From: Candidatus Hydrogenedentota bacterium
Lineage (GTDB): Bacteria > Hydrogenedentota > Hydrogenedentia > Hydrogenedentales > SLHB01
Reading direction: 5' to 3'
Assembly (NCBI GenBank): GCA_963745075.1
Contig: CAVUWV010000008.1
Span: 96,001 to 160,000 of the forward strand
Length of the DNA: 64,000 nucleotides
Position 1 is the stretch's first letter; each line of letters starts with the position of its first letter. Below are positions 43,947 to 54,971 of this stretch, piece after piece. The notes under the pieces were generated by a model. The model was given only the letters and a program-made list of their open reading frames with translations. It ran no database searches and was not told where the DNA came from. Made by a program: the position numbers and the translations under genes.

Positions 43947-44116
43947 GAAGAACATCCCCCTTAAGCCCCCTTCAAAGGGGGAATCGTTCGCAACGCTTTG
44001 CGTTGTGTCTGAAACGGTCAGCGAATGACCTCGACGTGTTTTCATTGCCGTCGCGCATTTCGAAAGACTCGGAAGCGCCCATTTCCCCCAATGAAGGGGG
44101 ATCAAGGGGGATGTTC
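43947..44116 (+). repeat. REPIN/MITE-like element, family A copy 3
   Basis: gaagaacatcccccttaagcccccttcaaaggggga-cgcaacgctttgcgttg ... ttcccccaatgaagggggatcaagggggatgttc. Confidence 0.85.
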
Positions 44117-44172
44117 CTCGATCCGGTCACCTTAGCGGAGGTGTAACCATACTAGTGGGAAACCGATCTAAA

Positions 44173-45594
44173 ATGAGCTATTCGAAACGCCATACCATTC
44201 GACCGCGCGTCGCCCCCGCCTCCACCGGCCTGGGCCAGGGAATCGCGCAGACCATTCAAACCATCACCGGCCCGTGGACCTGGGAGAACCTGTTCAGTTG
44301 GGTGAAGCTCATCCTGCTGGTGCTCACGATCTGGTGGTTGTTTATTCAACCGTTCCGTATTCCGAGCGGTTCCATGGAACCGACGCTGCACGGCGATCCG
44401 GGTTTCTTCACGGGCGACCGGGTTTTTGTGAATAAACTGATTTACGGGCCGCGCATTCCCTTCATGAACAAGCGCATCTTTCGAATGGGCGAGCCGAAGC
44501 GATGGGACATCGTCGTCTTCCGGTCGGTCGAGCCTGAAGATCCGCGCAAGATTCTGATCAAACGCATCGTCGGCCTTCCGGGCGAGCGGATCCACATCTA
44601 CGACGGCAAGATCTACGTGAACGGTGTGCCTCAGGAATTGCCCGCGAACATGCCGGACGTTTACTACATCGGCGAGATGCCGCCGCCGGAAGAGAAAGAG
44701 GCGGAGATCGTCGCCGAGCATCCGGATGACCTCCAGGCGGAAAACGACAAATGGAACGAGCGGTACAACGAGTGGAAAATGCTGGGGCCGTCACGGTTGC
44801 GCTACGGCGTGCTCGAGGATGAGCAGTATTCCGTCATCCCCCCGGATCACTACCTCATGCTGGGCGACAACAGCCCACATAGCCTGGACGGCCGCTTCTT
44901 CGGCTGGGTCCCGCGCGATCGCATTCTGGGCCGGGCGTTCTGCGTGTGGTGGCCCATTGGGCACCGGAAAGACTTGAGCGGATTTACGAAGACCGTATCG
45001 GGTATGGCGCTGCTCATCGGGATTCCGGGTCTACTCATCGGCTACGAGATATGCCGCGCCTTTTTCTTCTTGCCGTGGCGAATGCGCGGGAACGCCTTGG
45101 GGAAACGCGCGTCCAAGGGCGAACGCGTGTTAATCAATCGCGCGCGGTTCGGCATCCGGCTGCCCCTCCTCGGGATTCCGATTTATCGGGGACGCGCGCC
45201 GGCGTCGGGCGAGTGCGTGGCGTTTACGGTGTCCGTGGAAGTTCCCGGCGGGGCGACCATGCCGGACTTGGCATTCGGCACGGTTCTGGGCGTTCCGGGA
45301 GACACCGTCACCATTGAAGACGGGACCATCGTTGTAAACGGAACTTCGACGGGCCGGGCGGCACAGCGTGATGGAGCTTCCGAAAGCAGCAGCGCCAAGG
45401 GCAAGACAAAGTGGCCGCCCAAGAAGACGTCGACGGTTCCCGAGGACCAGTACCTGGTGCTAGCGGACGACGCGTCGAGCGGTCCCGACACGCGCACGGT
45501 GGGTTGGGTGCCGAAGGAGTCGCTGGTCGGCACGGTATCGACGGTCTGGTGGCCGCCGCACAAGATTCGTTTGGTCGCGAAGAACGAGGCGTGA
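44173..45594 (+). CDS. lepB: Signal peptidase I with a second, degenerate S26 domain
   Basis: 'FRIPSGSMEPTL', 'IKRIVGLPGE', 'MLGDNSPHSLDGRFFG'; follows lepA. Confidence 0.9.
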   Translation: MSYSKRHTIRPRVAPASTGLGQGIAQTIQTITGPWTWENLFSWVKLILLVLTIWWLFIQPFRIPSGSMEPTLHGDPGFFTGDRVFVNKLIYGPRIPFMNKRIFRMGEPKRWDIVVFRSVEPEDPRKILIKRIVGLPGERIHIYDGKIYVNGVPQELPANMPDVYYIGEMPPPEEKEAEIVAEHPDDLQAENDKWNERYNEWKMLGPSRLRYGVLEDEQYSVIPPDHYLMLGDNSPHSLDGRFFGWVPRDRILGRAFCVWWPIGHRKDLSGFTKTVSGMALLIGIPGLLIGYEICRAFFFLPWRMRGNALGKRASKGERVLINRARFGIRLPLLGIPIYRGRAPASGECVAFTVSVEVPGGATMPDLAFGTVLGVPGDTVTIEDGTIVVNGTSTGRAAQRDGASESSSAKGKTKWPPKKTSTVPEDQYLVLADDASSGPDTRTVGWVPKESLVGTVSTVWWPPHKIRLVAKNEA

Positions 45595-45635
45595 GCGCGC
45601 AACGGCGTGCGAACCCACATTTGGAGTGACGCGCG

Positions 45636-45661
45636 TGGCGGGTTGGAAAACCCGCCCTACA
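45636..45661. repeat. GTAG-type REP palindrome (family C)
   Basis: Reverse complement reads tgtagggcgggttttccaacccgccac. Confidence 0.6.
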
Positions 45662-45808
45662 GTTCCTCGGTTGGGAAAGATTGGCCGACAGTGCCAGGGA
45701 CAGCAGAGACATCAAAGACAACAGGGACACGCGACACACCCACAAGGCCGCAGAAGTCGCTGGTGTCCCTGGGTTGACCCGTTCGTGGGTTTTCCGGAAT
45801 TGCCGCTT

Positions 45809-46908
45809 ATGACCGGTCTGTACATTCACATTCCCTATTGCCGGACGATCTGTCCGTATTGTGATTTCGTCAAACGGCCAACCAAGGGCGCCGTTCCGGA
45901 TGCGTTTACTCACGCCCTTTGTGATGAGATGACGCGGTACGAGGGGGACCGCGATGTCGAAAGCGTGTTCTTCGGCGGGGGACGCCGTCGCTGGTTGCGC
46001 CGGCGTCGTTGGAACGCATATTCGAGGTGATGGGCGAGAAGTTTCGTCTTACCGAGGACCCGGAGATCACGCTTGAAGCCAACCCGGATGACGTAACGCC
46101 GGGACTACTTACTGCATGGCAGGCACTGGGGATCAATCGCATCAGTCTGGGCGTGCAGAGTTTTGACGATATGACCTTGCGGTACCTCGGACGGAGACAC
46201 GACGCGGATGGCGCACGCCGGGCCTGCGGGCTTGTAGCGGAACACTTTGACTCGTGGAACATGGACCTCATGTTCGGCGGGCGTCCGGTGGACGCGTATC
46301 CGGCGACGCTGACGGAATGCGGGAGCTTCGCGCCGCCTCATGTTTCATCGTACGGGTTGACGTACGAGGCGGGCACGCCTTTCGGGAAGCGTGCGGACGA
46401 GGCGGTTGACGACGACACCTACCTGACGTTGTATACGCAGACCGTGGAAAGGTTGCGCCCGTTAGAGCGGTACGAGGTATCCAATTTCGCGCGGCCCGGA
46501 TTTGCGTGCCGCCACAACCTGCGTTATTGGCACAACGACACCTACGCCGGGTTCGGCCCCGGCGCGTACTCCTTTCTCGACGGAGTCCGGGCGCGTAACC
46601 ATGTGAAGCTGGAAGCATACCTCGCCGAACCCGGTGGCAAGACGGAGGCGTTGGCGTTGAGCGAACGCGAAATCCGGCTGGAAACGGTCATTCAGTATTT
46701 GCGTCTCGCGGACGGGTTGCCACGAAGCGTGTACGTGGAACGGTTCGGCAATTCGGTGGATGAAGACTTTGGGGACGCGCTGCAAAAGCTCGCGGAGCGG
46801 GGATTGATCGAAGATACCGGCGACGTCATTCGGCCCACGGCGCGGGGATTCGAGCTGAACAACGAGATCGGTCTGGCGCTGGTCGAAGTCCCCACCAGCG
46901 CACGGTAG
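45809..46908 (+). CDS. hemW: Radical SAM heme chaperone HemW (HemN-like), -1 frameshift in G run near 45980
   Basis: 'LYIHIPYCRTICPYCDF', broken GGGTPS, 'EITLEANP', 'RISLGVQSF', 'YEVSNFA', 'HNLRYW'. Confidence 0.88.
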
Positions 46909-46914
46909 AGGCGG

Positions 46915-48243
46915 CTACGACAGGGGCGTGACGGACATCCCGTCCTGCAACTCGTTCTTGGGTTCGGCGACGATGGTCTGGCCGGCGGTAAGACCGGAAC
47001 CGATGGCGGCCCAGTCGTCGTTCTTGAGCGTGATTTCAACCGGCGTGAGTTTTGCCTCGCCGCCGTTGACGACGAACACGGCCCAGCCATCGTCGTTGCG
47101 GAAGGTGGCGCGCTCGGGCACGGCGACGGCGTCGGCGACTTCGTCGGTGATGATGCGCACGTCCACGCTGGTGCCGGGCCGCAACTGCACCTTGCCGTTG
47201 TCGAAGCTGATGATGGTCTTGACGCGCTGCTGTTCGATGCCGAGCGACGAGATTTTTTTGAAGCCCGCGGGATAGATCCGGTCCACCTTGCCCATGATGA
47301 CTTCGTCGTTCAGGGCTTTGCCCGTGATCTCGACGGCGTCTCCGGGATCGACGCGACCGACCTCTTCGGACAACACGTCGCACTCGATCTCGATGGTGCT
47401 CATATTGCCGATGCGCAAGAGGGGTGAACCGGCGGCCAGCACGCGGCTGTCGTCGACAAACTTCTCCAAGATTACGCCGTCCACCGGTGACTTGATGGTT
47501 GCTTTTTCCAAGTCGTCCTGGAGTTGGTTCAACTTGGTTTCGAGGTTTTCGATTTCCGCTTGGTAGACTTGCCGCATGAACTCATTGTCGTCGATGGAAC
47601 CGCGGAGCCGTTCCGAAGCCAGGTTCGCCATTTCGCGTCCCTTTTGATTGGCCTTTTCGGCGAGGGTGGCGCGCTCGAGGTTCTCGCGGGCATTCATGTA
47701 CGCGCGGTTCGCGTCGTCATATTGGGACTGACTGACGGCGCCGGCGTCGCGAAGGGCCTTAATGCGGTTGTACTCGCGTTCGGCGTCATTAAAATTGTTT
47801 TGCGCGATATCCCGTTCCTTACGGGCGATATTCTGACGGTCCAATTCCTGTTTCACACGCAGCTCTGCGGACTTCAGTTCTTCGGGCTTGGGCTTTTCGA
47901 CGTCGACACTGGTGATGCGCGCTTTTGCCTGTTCGATCATCGCGTTGACGCCGGCGAGTTGCTGTTTCAGCGCGTAGGTGTCGATAGTCGCCACGCAATC
48001 GCCCTTGGCGACGGCCGCACCTTCCTTCAACGCAATCTTGTTCACCGTTCCCGAGATGGGCATGTCGATAAGGATATCGTCATCGAGCCGGGTCTTGGCG
48101 TCCTCGGAGATGTAGGCGCGCACGGTGCGCGTTTCGGCTTGGGCCATTTCGACAGGAAGCGGCCCTTCCCGCATGGCGAGCCAAACCAGAACGATGACTG
48201 CCAGCACGCCTATCGCCAGGAAGATTCGGCGTCGCGTAATCAC
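46915..48243 (-). CDS. Efflux transporter periplasmic adaptor (HlyD/MacA-like)
   Basis: N-terminal TM, coiled coil, 'IKSPVDG', 'KISSLGIEQQRV'. Confidence 0.85.
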   Translation of the reverse strand: MITRRRIFLAIGVLAVIVLVWLAMREGPLPVEMAQAETRTVRAYISEDAKTRLDDDILIDMPISGTVNKIALKEGAAVAKGDCVATIDTYALKQQLAGVNAMIEQAKARITSVDVEKPKPEELKSAELRVKQELDRQNIARKERDIAQNNFNDAEREYNRIKALRDAGAVSQSQYDDANRAYMNARENLERATLAEKANQKGREMANLASERLRGSIDDNEFMRQVYQAEIENLETKLNQLQDDLEKATIKSPVDGVILEKFVDDSRVLAAGSPLLRIGNMSTIEIECDVLSEEVGRVDPGDAVEITGKALNDEVIMGKVDRIYPAGFKKISSLGIEQQRVKTIISFDNGKVQLRPGTSVDVRIITDEVADAVAVPERATFRNDDGWAVFVVNGGEAKLTPVEITLKNDDWAAIGSGLTAGQTIVAEPKNELQDGMSVTPLS

Positions 48244-48244
48244 G

Positions 48245-50617
48245 TTACTCCCGCTCCTTCAGTACTTCGACCATGTCCAGCCGCTTGATTTTCTGTCGTA
48301 CCGCGAGGTTCGCCAACACGACAAAGACAAATGACAACGCTGTCGCAACAACAAACGTCTCGTTGTCAATATGAAACGGCAACCGGTACAAATCCGTATC
48401 GTACGCCCCAACAATGAGCCAGCATACCCCGATTCCGAAGGGAATTCCCAGGATAAGGCCGATGATGCACAAGGCAAAATTCTCGTGGTAGAGGATGCGG
48501 CCGACTTCCTGCGCGGAAAATCCGAGCACGCGCAACGAGGCCAGTTCCCGTTGCCGTTCGGCCAGGGATACGGTGGTGATGTTGTAGATGATGGCGAAGG
48601 CGATGACTGCCGCGAACAGGACAATCATCGAATTCATGATCTGCGTGCTTTGTTCCAGCGTGTCTTCGAGTCCCTTCAGCGATTCGGATTTGATCTCGAC
48701 GGCCGCCACGCCGGGCACGTCTTTGAGCTGCTTGTTCAGTTCCTCTTCCTGACCGCGGACGGTGCGCAACAAGACGGCGTTGACCGCGAAGGGCTCGTCC
48801 AGCACGCGGCTCAGTGCGTCGATGTTCATGTACGCCGACGAACCGAGATACTGCTGGACGACCTTGCTGACCGCGATACGTTTTTCTTTCGTGACGCGTC
48901 CCATAAGCGGCTTGAGGGTCAGCACGTCGCCCACGTGAACGCCTAGATCCCGGGCCAGCCGGTCGGACAACACCAGGCCGTCCTCGCCCACGCTGACCGG
49001 TTGCTGTTTGGTATTTAACAGGCGTTGCAGTCGCGCGCCTTCGGGTAATCCGATGATTACGACGTCTTTGGCACGCCAGGCGGATTTGATTTCAAATGGG
49101 TATTGCAACACGGGTTCGGCGTAGCGCACGTTGTCAAAACGCGAGGCTTCGTAAAAGGCGTCCTTGCCGCGTTCCGACTCGAAATCCACTTTTACGTCTT
49201 CGCGCTGCACTTCCTTGAACTGGAATTGAAGCATGTAGTCCATGGAATCCAGCATGAAGAATCCCATGATGAGAAGGCCGGAAGACACCATGACGCCGAA
49301 GGCGTTCAGCGCGGCGCGGAAGGCGTTGCGCGACATGTTGCGCACGATCATCTTCCACGTGAACGAGAGGCTGCGCCACAGGAGGCCGAAGCGTTCGATC
49401 CAGGTTCGGTGGGCGTATTTTGGCGCTTCGGGACGCATGGATTCGGCGGGCTGAATGCGGGCAGCGTGAATCGCCGCGGTCAAGGCGCCCGCCACGGAAA
49501 ATACGATGCCGATACCAAAGGAGCGCGCGAGCACGTCGGGATACACGCGGGAACGTAACAAGGGGAAATCGTAATATTCGACGTACATACGGATCATGGC
49601 TCCGGCCAGCCACTGGCCGACCGCAAACCCGCCGAGGCACCCGATAGCGCCCAGCACGAGCGCGTACTTGATGTAATATAAGGCGACGGCGAAACTCGAG
49701 TACCCGTAGGCTTTCAGGAGGCCGATTTCCGTGCGTTCCTTGCGCACCATGCGGTTCAGGAGCACGAGCAGGATCAGCGCCGCGATGCCCTGGAACAAGC
49801 CGGGAATGATCTTCGCCGTCGTGGCCAGCCCCGTGATCTCGTCGGACAGGAAACGATTGGAGATCTGGTCTTCCCGTTTTACCTTGGCGAAGACACCGTA
49901 GGGATCGAGAATGTCGTTGGCCTTGTCCAGGAGCGCATCCAGGTCCTCGGATTTTTCCACGGTGCCGATAACGTCGTTGCAGGCCTCGTTCATGTCGAAA
50001 GCCGTTTCCGCGAAGTCCTGCGGCACCCAGAGAATGCCGAAGCGTTCGAAGTTCGGCACAAGTTCCTGGACCGTGCGAATAGTGTAGACGTATTCGGGGG
50101 ACAACGCCGTGCCCACGATGCGCAACGTGTGTTTCTTGTTGTCGATGGACGCCTTGATGTAGTCGCCGATGTGGAGGTGGTTCAGCCGCGCGAAACGTTG
50201 GCTGACGATGACTTCGTTTTGTTTGCCCTCGGAGAAGTAGCGGCCTTCCATGATGCAAATGTCGTTGAGCACGTCCTCCTCGCGGTTGGGCATGGAGATG
50301 ATGCGGCCGATGCGCGGTTCGTCCTCGCCTTCGAGGTCGAGATTGACGTCTTTGACGATGCGGCCGCGGACTTGCCGCACGCCGGGCAGCGATTCGATTT
50401 TGAAGAGGGCCGTCAAGGGCGCGCGTTCGAGCTGGATCTCAAAGTCGGCCAGCCGGTACTGGCTGTAATACGTGTCACGCGTGAGCACGAGGTTGCTGTG
50501 GGCCGAGGCAATGGCGATGTAACACGCCGTCCCGCAGAGCACCACCATGGCCACGGCGATGGATTGACCCCGCGACCACCAGAGCGTGCGAATAAGCTTC
50601 TTGTTTAGGACGTTCAT
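48245..50617 (-). CDS. FtsX/MacB-like ABC permease (duplicated)
   Basis: 'ERTEIGLLKAYGYS' and 'ERQRELASLRVLGF'. Confidence 0.88.
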   Translation of the reverse strand: MNVLNKKLIRTLWWSRGQSIAVAMVVLCGTACYIAIASAHSNLVLTRDTYYSQYRLADFEIQLERAPLTALFKIESLPGVRQVRGRIVKDVNLDLEGEDEPRIGRIISMPNREEDVLNDICIMEGRYFSEGKQNEVIVSQRFARLNHLHIGDYIKASIDNKKHTLRIVGTALSPEYVYTIRTVQELVPNFERFGILWVPQDFAETAFDMNEACNDVIGTVEKSEDLDALLDKANDILDPYGVFAKVKREDQISNRFLSDEITGLATTAKIIPGLFQGIAALILLVLLNRMVRKERTEIGLLKAYGYSSFAVALYYIKYALVLGAIGCLGGFAVGQWLAGAMIRMYVEYYDFPLLRSRVYPDVLARSFGIGIVFSVAGALTAAIHAARIQPAESMRPEAPKYAHRTWIERFGLLWRSLSFTWKMIVRNMSRNAFRAALNAFGVMVSSGLLIMGFFMLDSMDYMLQFQFKEVQREDVKVDFESERGKDAFYEASRFDNVRYAEPVLQYPFEIKSAWRAKDVVIIGLPEGARLQRLLNTKQQPVSVGEDGLVLSDRLARDLGVHVGDVLTLKPLMGRVTKEKRIAVSKVVQQYLGSSAYMNIDALSRVLDEPFAVNAVLLRTVRGQEEELNKQLKDVPGVAAVEIKSESLKGLEDTLEQSTQIMNSMIVLFAAVIAFAIIYNITTVSLAERQRELASLRVLGFSAQEVGRILYHENFALCIIGLILGIPFGIGVCWLIVGAYDTDLYRLPFHIDNETFVVATALSFVFVVLANLAVRQKIKRLDMVEVLKERE

Positions 50618-50690
50618 ACCGTCTTCTGTGCGCCGATTGCGTATGATTATTCACAATGTAGGATGCAGGTTTGTTCGCCTTCTCAACGCC

Positions 50691-50855
50691 GAAGAACATC
50701 CCCCTTGATCCCCCTTCAAAGGGGGAAATTACGCGCAACGCTTTGCGTTGCGTCGAAACGAACCGGGACCTTGTTCAGGAGCTTGCACTGCAATACGTAC
50801 CTTGACCAATTGTTGGGCAACTCCCCCTTTGAAGGGGGATCAAGGGGGATGTTGT
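50691..50855 (+). repeat. REPIN/MITE-like element, family A copy 4
   Basis: gaagaacatcccccttgatcccccttcaaaggggga-cgcaacgctttgcgttgcg ... tccccctttgaagggggatcaagggggatgtt. Confidence 0.88.
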
Positions 50856-50915
50856 CTCACGCGAGCGCATAAAATGGGTGTACCTCTCGTGTACCTCTTG
50901 TCGCTTTCATTTGTA

Positions 50916-51656
50916 TTACCACTCCAATTCGTCGGCGGATTTGGGCGAATCGTTCACCGTGATGTCGCGGACGCGGCCGTCCACCATTCGCACCACGCGA
51001 TGGGACATGGCGCCAATCGCAGCGTTGTGGGTGATGACGATGACCGTGGTCCCCATGTCACGATTGACGTTGCTGAGCACGTCGAGCACGACCTTGCCCG
51101 TCGTGAAATCGAGGGCGCCGGTCGGTTCGTCGCAGAGGAGGATTTCCGGCTGTTTTGCGACCGCCCGCGCAATGGCTACGCGTTGCTGTTCGCCCCCGGA
51201 AAGCTGGGACGGGAAATGGTCGCGCCGCTCGGTGAGGTTGACCAGCTTGAGCGCCTCCGCGGCGGGCATGGGCTCGTTCGAGATCTCGGTAGCCATTTCG
51301 ACGTTTTCTTCCGCCGTGAGGTTCGGCATGAGGTTGTAAAACTGGAAGACGAACCCGATGTGGTGACGCCGGTACTGGGTAAGTTGCGACTCACCGTAGG
51401 CCGTGAGGTCGTCGTCCCGGAACCAGACTTGGCCGGCCGACGCCGTGTCGATCCCGCCGATGATGTTTAACAGCGTGCTCTTTCCCGAACCGCTCGGCCC
51501 GAGGATGACGAGGAATTCGCCTTCGTAGACTTCGAGGGTCACCTCCCGCAGCGCGGACACGGTGACTTCCCCCATCTGGTAGTCTTTCTTCACCCCTTCG
51601 ACGCGAAAGACCACCGGCGGGCGGGCATCCAACTTCTCTACCGCCTGCGCGCACAT
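50916..51656 (-). CDS. ABC transporter ATP-binding protein (LolD/MacB-like)
   Basis: '[12 protein letters not shown]', 'FVFQFYNL', 'LSGGEQQR', 'CDEPTGALD'. Confidence 0.92.
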   Translation of the reverse strand: MCAQAVEKLDARPPVVFRVEGVKKDYQMGEVTVSALREVTLEVYEGEFLVILGPSGSGKSTLLNIIGGIDTASAGQVWFRDDDLTAYGESQLTQYRRHHIGFVFQFYNLMPNLTAEENVEMATEISNEPMPAAEALKLVNLTERRDHFPSQLSGGEQQRVAIARAVAKQPEILLCDEPTGALDFTTGKVVLDVLSNVNRDMGTTVIVITHNAAIGAMSHRVVRMVDGRVRDITVNDSPKSADELEW

Positions 51657-51693
51657 AGGGTTAGCCTACCACAGGAGGGACGGATGGCACACC

Positions 51694-52497
51694 TCAACGG
51701 CCCAATTGCTTCGCACCTTCGGCCCGATAGATGGCCCGGCAGATGGCGTCGCGATATTGTAGGCTGGCGTCGTTCACGTCGCGTTCGAACTTCTCGCCCG
51801 TGATGGCAAGCCAATAGAGTTCATCCAGGTGCTCGGACGAGTCCGTGCGGGCTTGCAGTTCATATGCTGCCGCAAATCGCAGCTCCGTATTGCAGTTCTC
51901 CGGACCCGCGGCTTGAAGTATTTCTGCGTCAGACATTGCCGCGACTTTTTCCATCCGTGCGTTCCACTCGGCTGTTCCAGAAATATTCTTTGTTGCATGC
52001 TCAGCGACAAGGGGATCGTCTTTGAAGTACTCAATCTCCTTGGAGACATCGTAGAGGACGGTCCAGTAGCCTTCCGAAGGCGGCGGGGGCAACTTCCAAT
52101 TGGTGCAACTGGCAAAGACAATGAGTGCAAATTTAACAGGACACGCGTATATGCAGCCGAACGCACTTTCTTGCTCCATGCTAGACGTGAACCGGTTCAG
52201 GATGTCCATGATAGGCGGTACGAGCGATGTGTCTTTCGTGTACGCGGCGAGATAGAACAGCGTATTCAACCGTTCCAGGTCCAAGGGCGCATCGCGGTAA
52301 AGCGACAGGGATTCTTTAAGAAACGGGACGAACCGTTTGGGGTCCGCGACAAACGCCTCGAACGCTACCCGTTGCTGCGGTATCTCCGCCGAAGCCAACA
52401 GCGGGTCCAAGACTGCCCCGGGCTCTCGCGGCTCCAGAGCCGCAGCCGCGACTGAGACCGTCGCGAGGATCGCAGCAATCCAGCCAGACCAGCGCAT
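51694..52497 (-). CDS. Secreted hypothetical protein
   Basis: GGAGG RBS, signal peptide MRWSGWIAAILATVSVAAAA. Confidence 0.6.
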   Translation of the reverse strand: MRWSGWIAAILATVSVAAAALEPREPGAVLDPLLASAEIPQQRVAFEAFVADPKRFVPFLKESLSLYRDAPLDLERLNTLFYLAAYTKDTSLVPPIMDILNRFTSSMEQESAFGCIYACPVKFALIVFASCTNWKLPPPPSEGYWTVLYDVSKEIEYFKDDPLVAEHATKNISGTAEWNARMEKVAAMSDAEILQAAGPENCNTELRFAAAYELQARTDSSEHLDELYWLAITGEKFERDVNDASLQYRDAICRAIYRAEGAKQLGR

Positions 52498-52696
52498 ACG
52501 AACATCCTCCGTGCAAACCTTACTCAGTACCATACCACGGGGTGCAGGGATGGTTTCATTCGCACAAAGTTTGGGGCGTTCGTTCCGTGCGGTCACGCCT
52601 TGGCGTGACTGTGTGCTTTTGGCGTACAGACCGGGTAGATTGGTTACCGATTGGCCCGGAATCAGTGTTCGCACCTTTACCGTGAAAGGACTGTAC

Positions 52697-54907
52697 ATGT
52701 CTTTCAGTACGCGCATGCTAATTGGGATCTTCCTGATTGCGGCCGTTCCGGCTGCCCTGGCGGATGAGGTCGATGTAAATACGCTGCCCCTCTTCGACAA
52801 GGACGTGATAACCGTACGGGCGGATTGGTTGGTGAAGGACGTTAAGGCCAGGACGGAGGTGTATCGCACGGAGACTGACAAGGAGATCGTCCTGTCGAAC
52901 GGGTTGATTGCGCGGACGTTTCGGGTGGCGCCGAACGGGGCGACGGTCGGGTTCGACAACTTGATGACGGGGGAGGCGCTGCTGCGCGGGGTGAAGCCGG
53001 AGGCGCGCGTCACGGTGAACGGGACGGAGCCGAAGGTCGGCGGTTTGGCCGGGCAGAAGAACTACGCCTATCTGACGCCGGAATGGATCGACGGGCTGAC
53101 CAATGACCCGGCGGCGCTGCAATTCGTGGATTTTGCGGTGTCGCCGACGGACGCGCCGTTTCCGTGGGAACGGGTTAGGTATGCGGAAGACCGGCCGTGG
53201 CCGCCGCCCGGCAAACGGCTGACCTTGCGCTTCCAATCCCCTGCGGATGCACCGGCGGGAGTCGCGGTGGACGTCCACTACGAGATGTACGACGGGATCC
53301 CGCTGCTGGCGAAGTGGCTGACGATTCAAAACGCGGGCAGTACTGACGTTGTGCTGGACACGTTCACGAGTGAAGTACTGGCCGCTGTCGAGATGTCTTC
53401 CGTGGTTGACGGCCAGCCGGTCGAATATGCGACGCCGAACATCCAAGTGGTCACCGACTACATGTTCGGCGGGGACAGCGAGCAGCGGTTCGGCGTGGCG
53501 GTGCATTGGGTCGCCGATCCCGATTACGCGACGCAGGTCAACTACGCACGCCAGTCTACGGTGCTGCTCGAAAGCCGGCCGCCCATCGGTCCGGGCGTCA
53601 CGCTGAAACCGGGCGAGGATTTTGAGACCTACCGGACCTACGAACTGGTCTTCGACGCCACGGATCGGGAGCGCAACGGCCTCGCGACGCGGCGCATGTT
53701 CCGCACGATCGCGCCGTGGACGACCGAGAATCCCATCATGATGCACATGCGGAACGCCGAGCCGGAAGCGGTGCGAAACGGGATCGACCAGTGCGCCGCC
53801 GTGGGATTCGAGATGATCATTCTGTCGTTCGGCAGCGGGTTCGACATCGAGAACGAGGACCCCGCGTATCTGGCGCAACTGAAGGAACTGGCGGACTACG
53901 CGCACAGCAAGGGCATCGAGATCGGCGGCTACTCGCTGCTGGCGTCGCGCAGCATCGGGCCGGAGACGGACGTGGTCAATCCCGAGACGGGCAAACCGGG
54001 CGGGTTCGCACGGTTCGGCAACTCGCCGTGCCTGTGCAGCGCGTGGGGGCAGGACTACTTCCGGAAGTTGTACGCGTTTTACGAGAAGACCGGCTTCGAG
54101 ATGCTCGAACACGACGGCAGCTATCCCGGCGACGTGTGTGCTTCGACCAGCCATCCCGGCCACAGCGGCCTGGACGATTCGCAGTACCGGCAATGGAAGA
54201 CCATCACGGATTTCTACAACTGGTGCCGGGGGCGCGGCGTCTTCCTCAACGTGCCCGACGAGTATTTCCTGAACGGCTCCAACAAGACGGGCATGGGCTA
54301 CCGCGAGACGAACTGGTCTTTGCCGCGGGCGGAGCAGGTGATCCATGCGCGCCAGAACATTTACGACGGCACCTGGGAGAAGACGCCGAGCATGGGGTGG
54401 ATGTTCGTCCCGCTGACCGAATACCAGGGGGGCGGCGCGGCGGCGACCATCGAACCGTTGGCGGAGCATCTCGACGTCTACGAGGCCCACATGGCGAACC
54501 TGTTCGGTACCGGCGTGCAGGCCTGTTATCGCGGGCCGCGCCTTTACGATACGGACGAGACGAAGGCGACGGTGAAGCAAGTGGGTCGATTTCTACAAGC
54601 AGCACCGGGCCATTCTCGACTCCGACATCATCCACGTGCGCCGTGCCGACGGCCGCGATATCGACTGCATGATGAGCGTCAACCCCCGGCTCCAGGAACG
54701 AGCCCTGGCCATGGTCTTCAACCCGCTCCAGGAACGCGTGAAACGGAAGCTCACGCTTCCCCTGTACTACACCGGCCTAACCGACACCGCCACCGTCCGC
54801 GAGCGGGATGGTCAACCAAGACCCACCAACTCGCACGCGACTACAGCATCACCGTCGACGTTGAGATGGAGCCGCAGAGCGTGACGTGGTTTGTCATTGA
54901 GGAGTGA
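52697..54907 (+). CDS. Secreted putative glycoside hydrolase (alpha-galactosidase/GH36-like), with two compensating frameshifts
   Basis: AAGGA RBS, signal peptide; 'LADYAHSKGIEIGGY', 'FEMLEHDGSYPGD'; 54580-54820 reads sensibly only in an alternative frame. Confidence 0.6.
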   Translation: MSFSTRMLIGIFLIAAVPAALADEVDVNTLPLFDKDVITVRADWLVKDVKARTEVYRTETDKEIVLSNGLIARTFRVAPNGATVGFDNLMTGEALLRGVKPEARVTVNGTEPKVGGLAGQKNYAYLTPEWIDGLTNDPAALQFVDFAVSPTDAPFPWERVRYAEDRPWPPPGKRLTLRFQSPADAPAGVAVDVHYEMYDGIPLLAKWLTIQNAGSTDVVLDTFTSEVLAAVEMSSVVDGQPVEYATPNIQVVTDYMFGGDSEQRFGVAVHWVADPDYATQVNYARQSTVLLESRPPIGPGVTLKPGEDFETYRTYELVFDATDRERNGLATRRMFRTIAPWTTENPIMMHMRNAEPEAVRNGIDQCAAVGFEMIILSFGSGFDIENEDPAYLAQLKELADYAHSKGIEIGGYSLLASRSIGPETDVVNPETGKPGGFARFGNSPCLCSAWGQDYFRKLYAFYEKTGFEMLEHDGSYPGDVCASTSHPGHSGLDDSQYRQWKTITDFYNWCRGRGVFLNVPDEYFLNGSNKTGMGYRETNWSLPRAEQVIHARQNIYDGTWEKTPSMGWMFVPLTEYQGGGAAATIEPLAEHLDVYEAHMANLFGTGVQACYRGPRLYDTDETKATVKQVGRFLQAAPGHSRLRHHPRAPCRRPRYRLHDERQPPAPGTSPGHGLQPAPGTRETEAHASPVLHRPNRHRHRPRAGWSTKTHQLARDYSITVDVEMEPQSVTWFVIEE

Positions 54908-54971
54908 GCGCCGAGGGGGCATACACGGTCCCACACGGACGGACACGGACTTGCACCTGAAGGGATACCAA

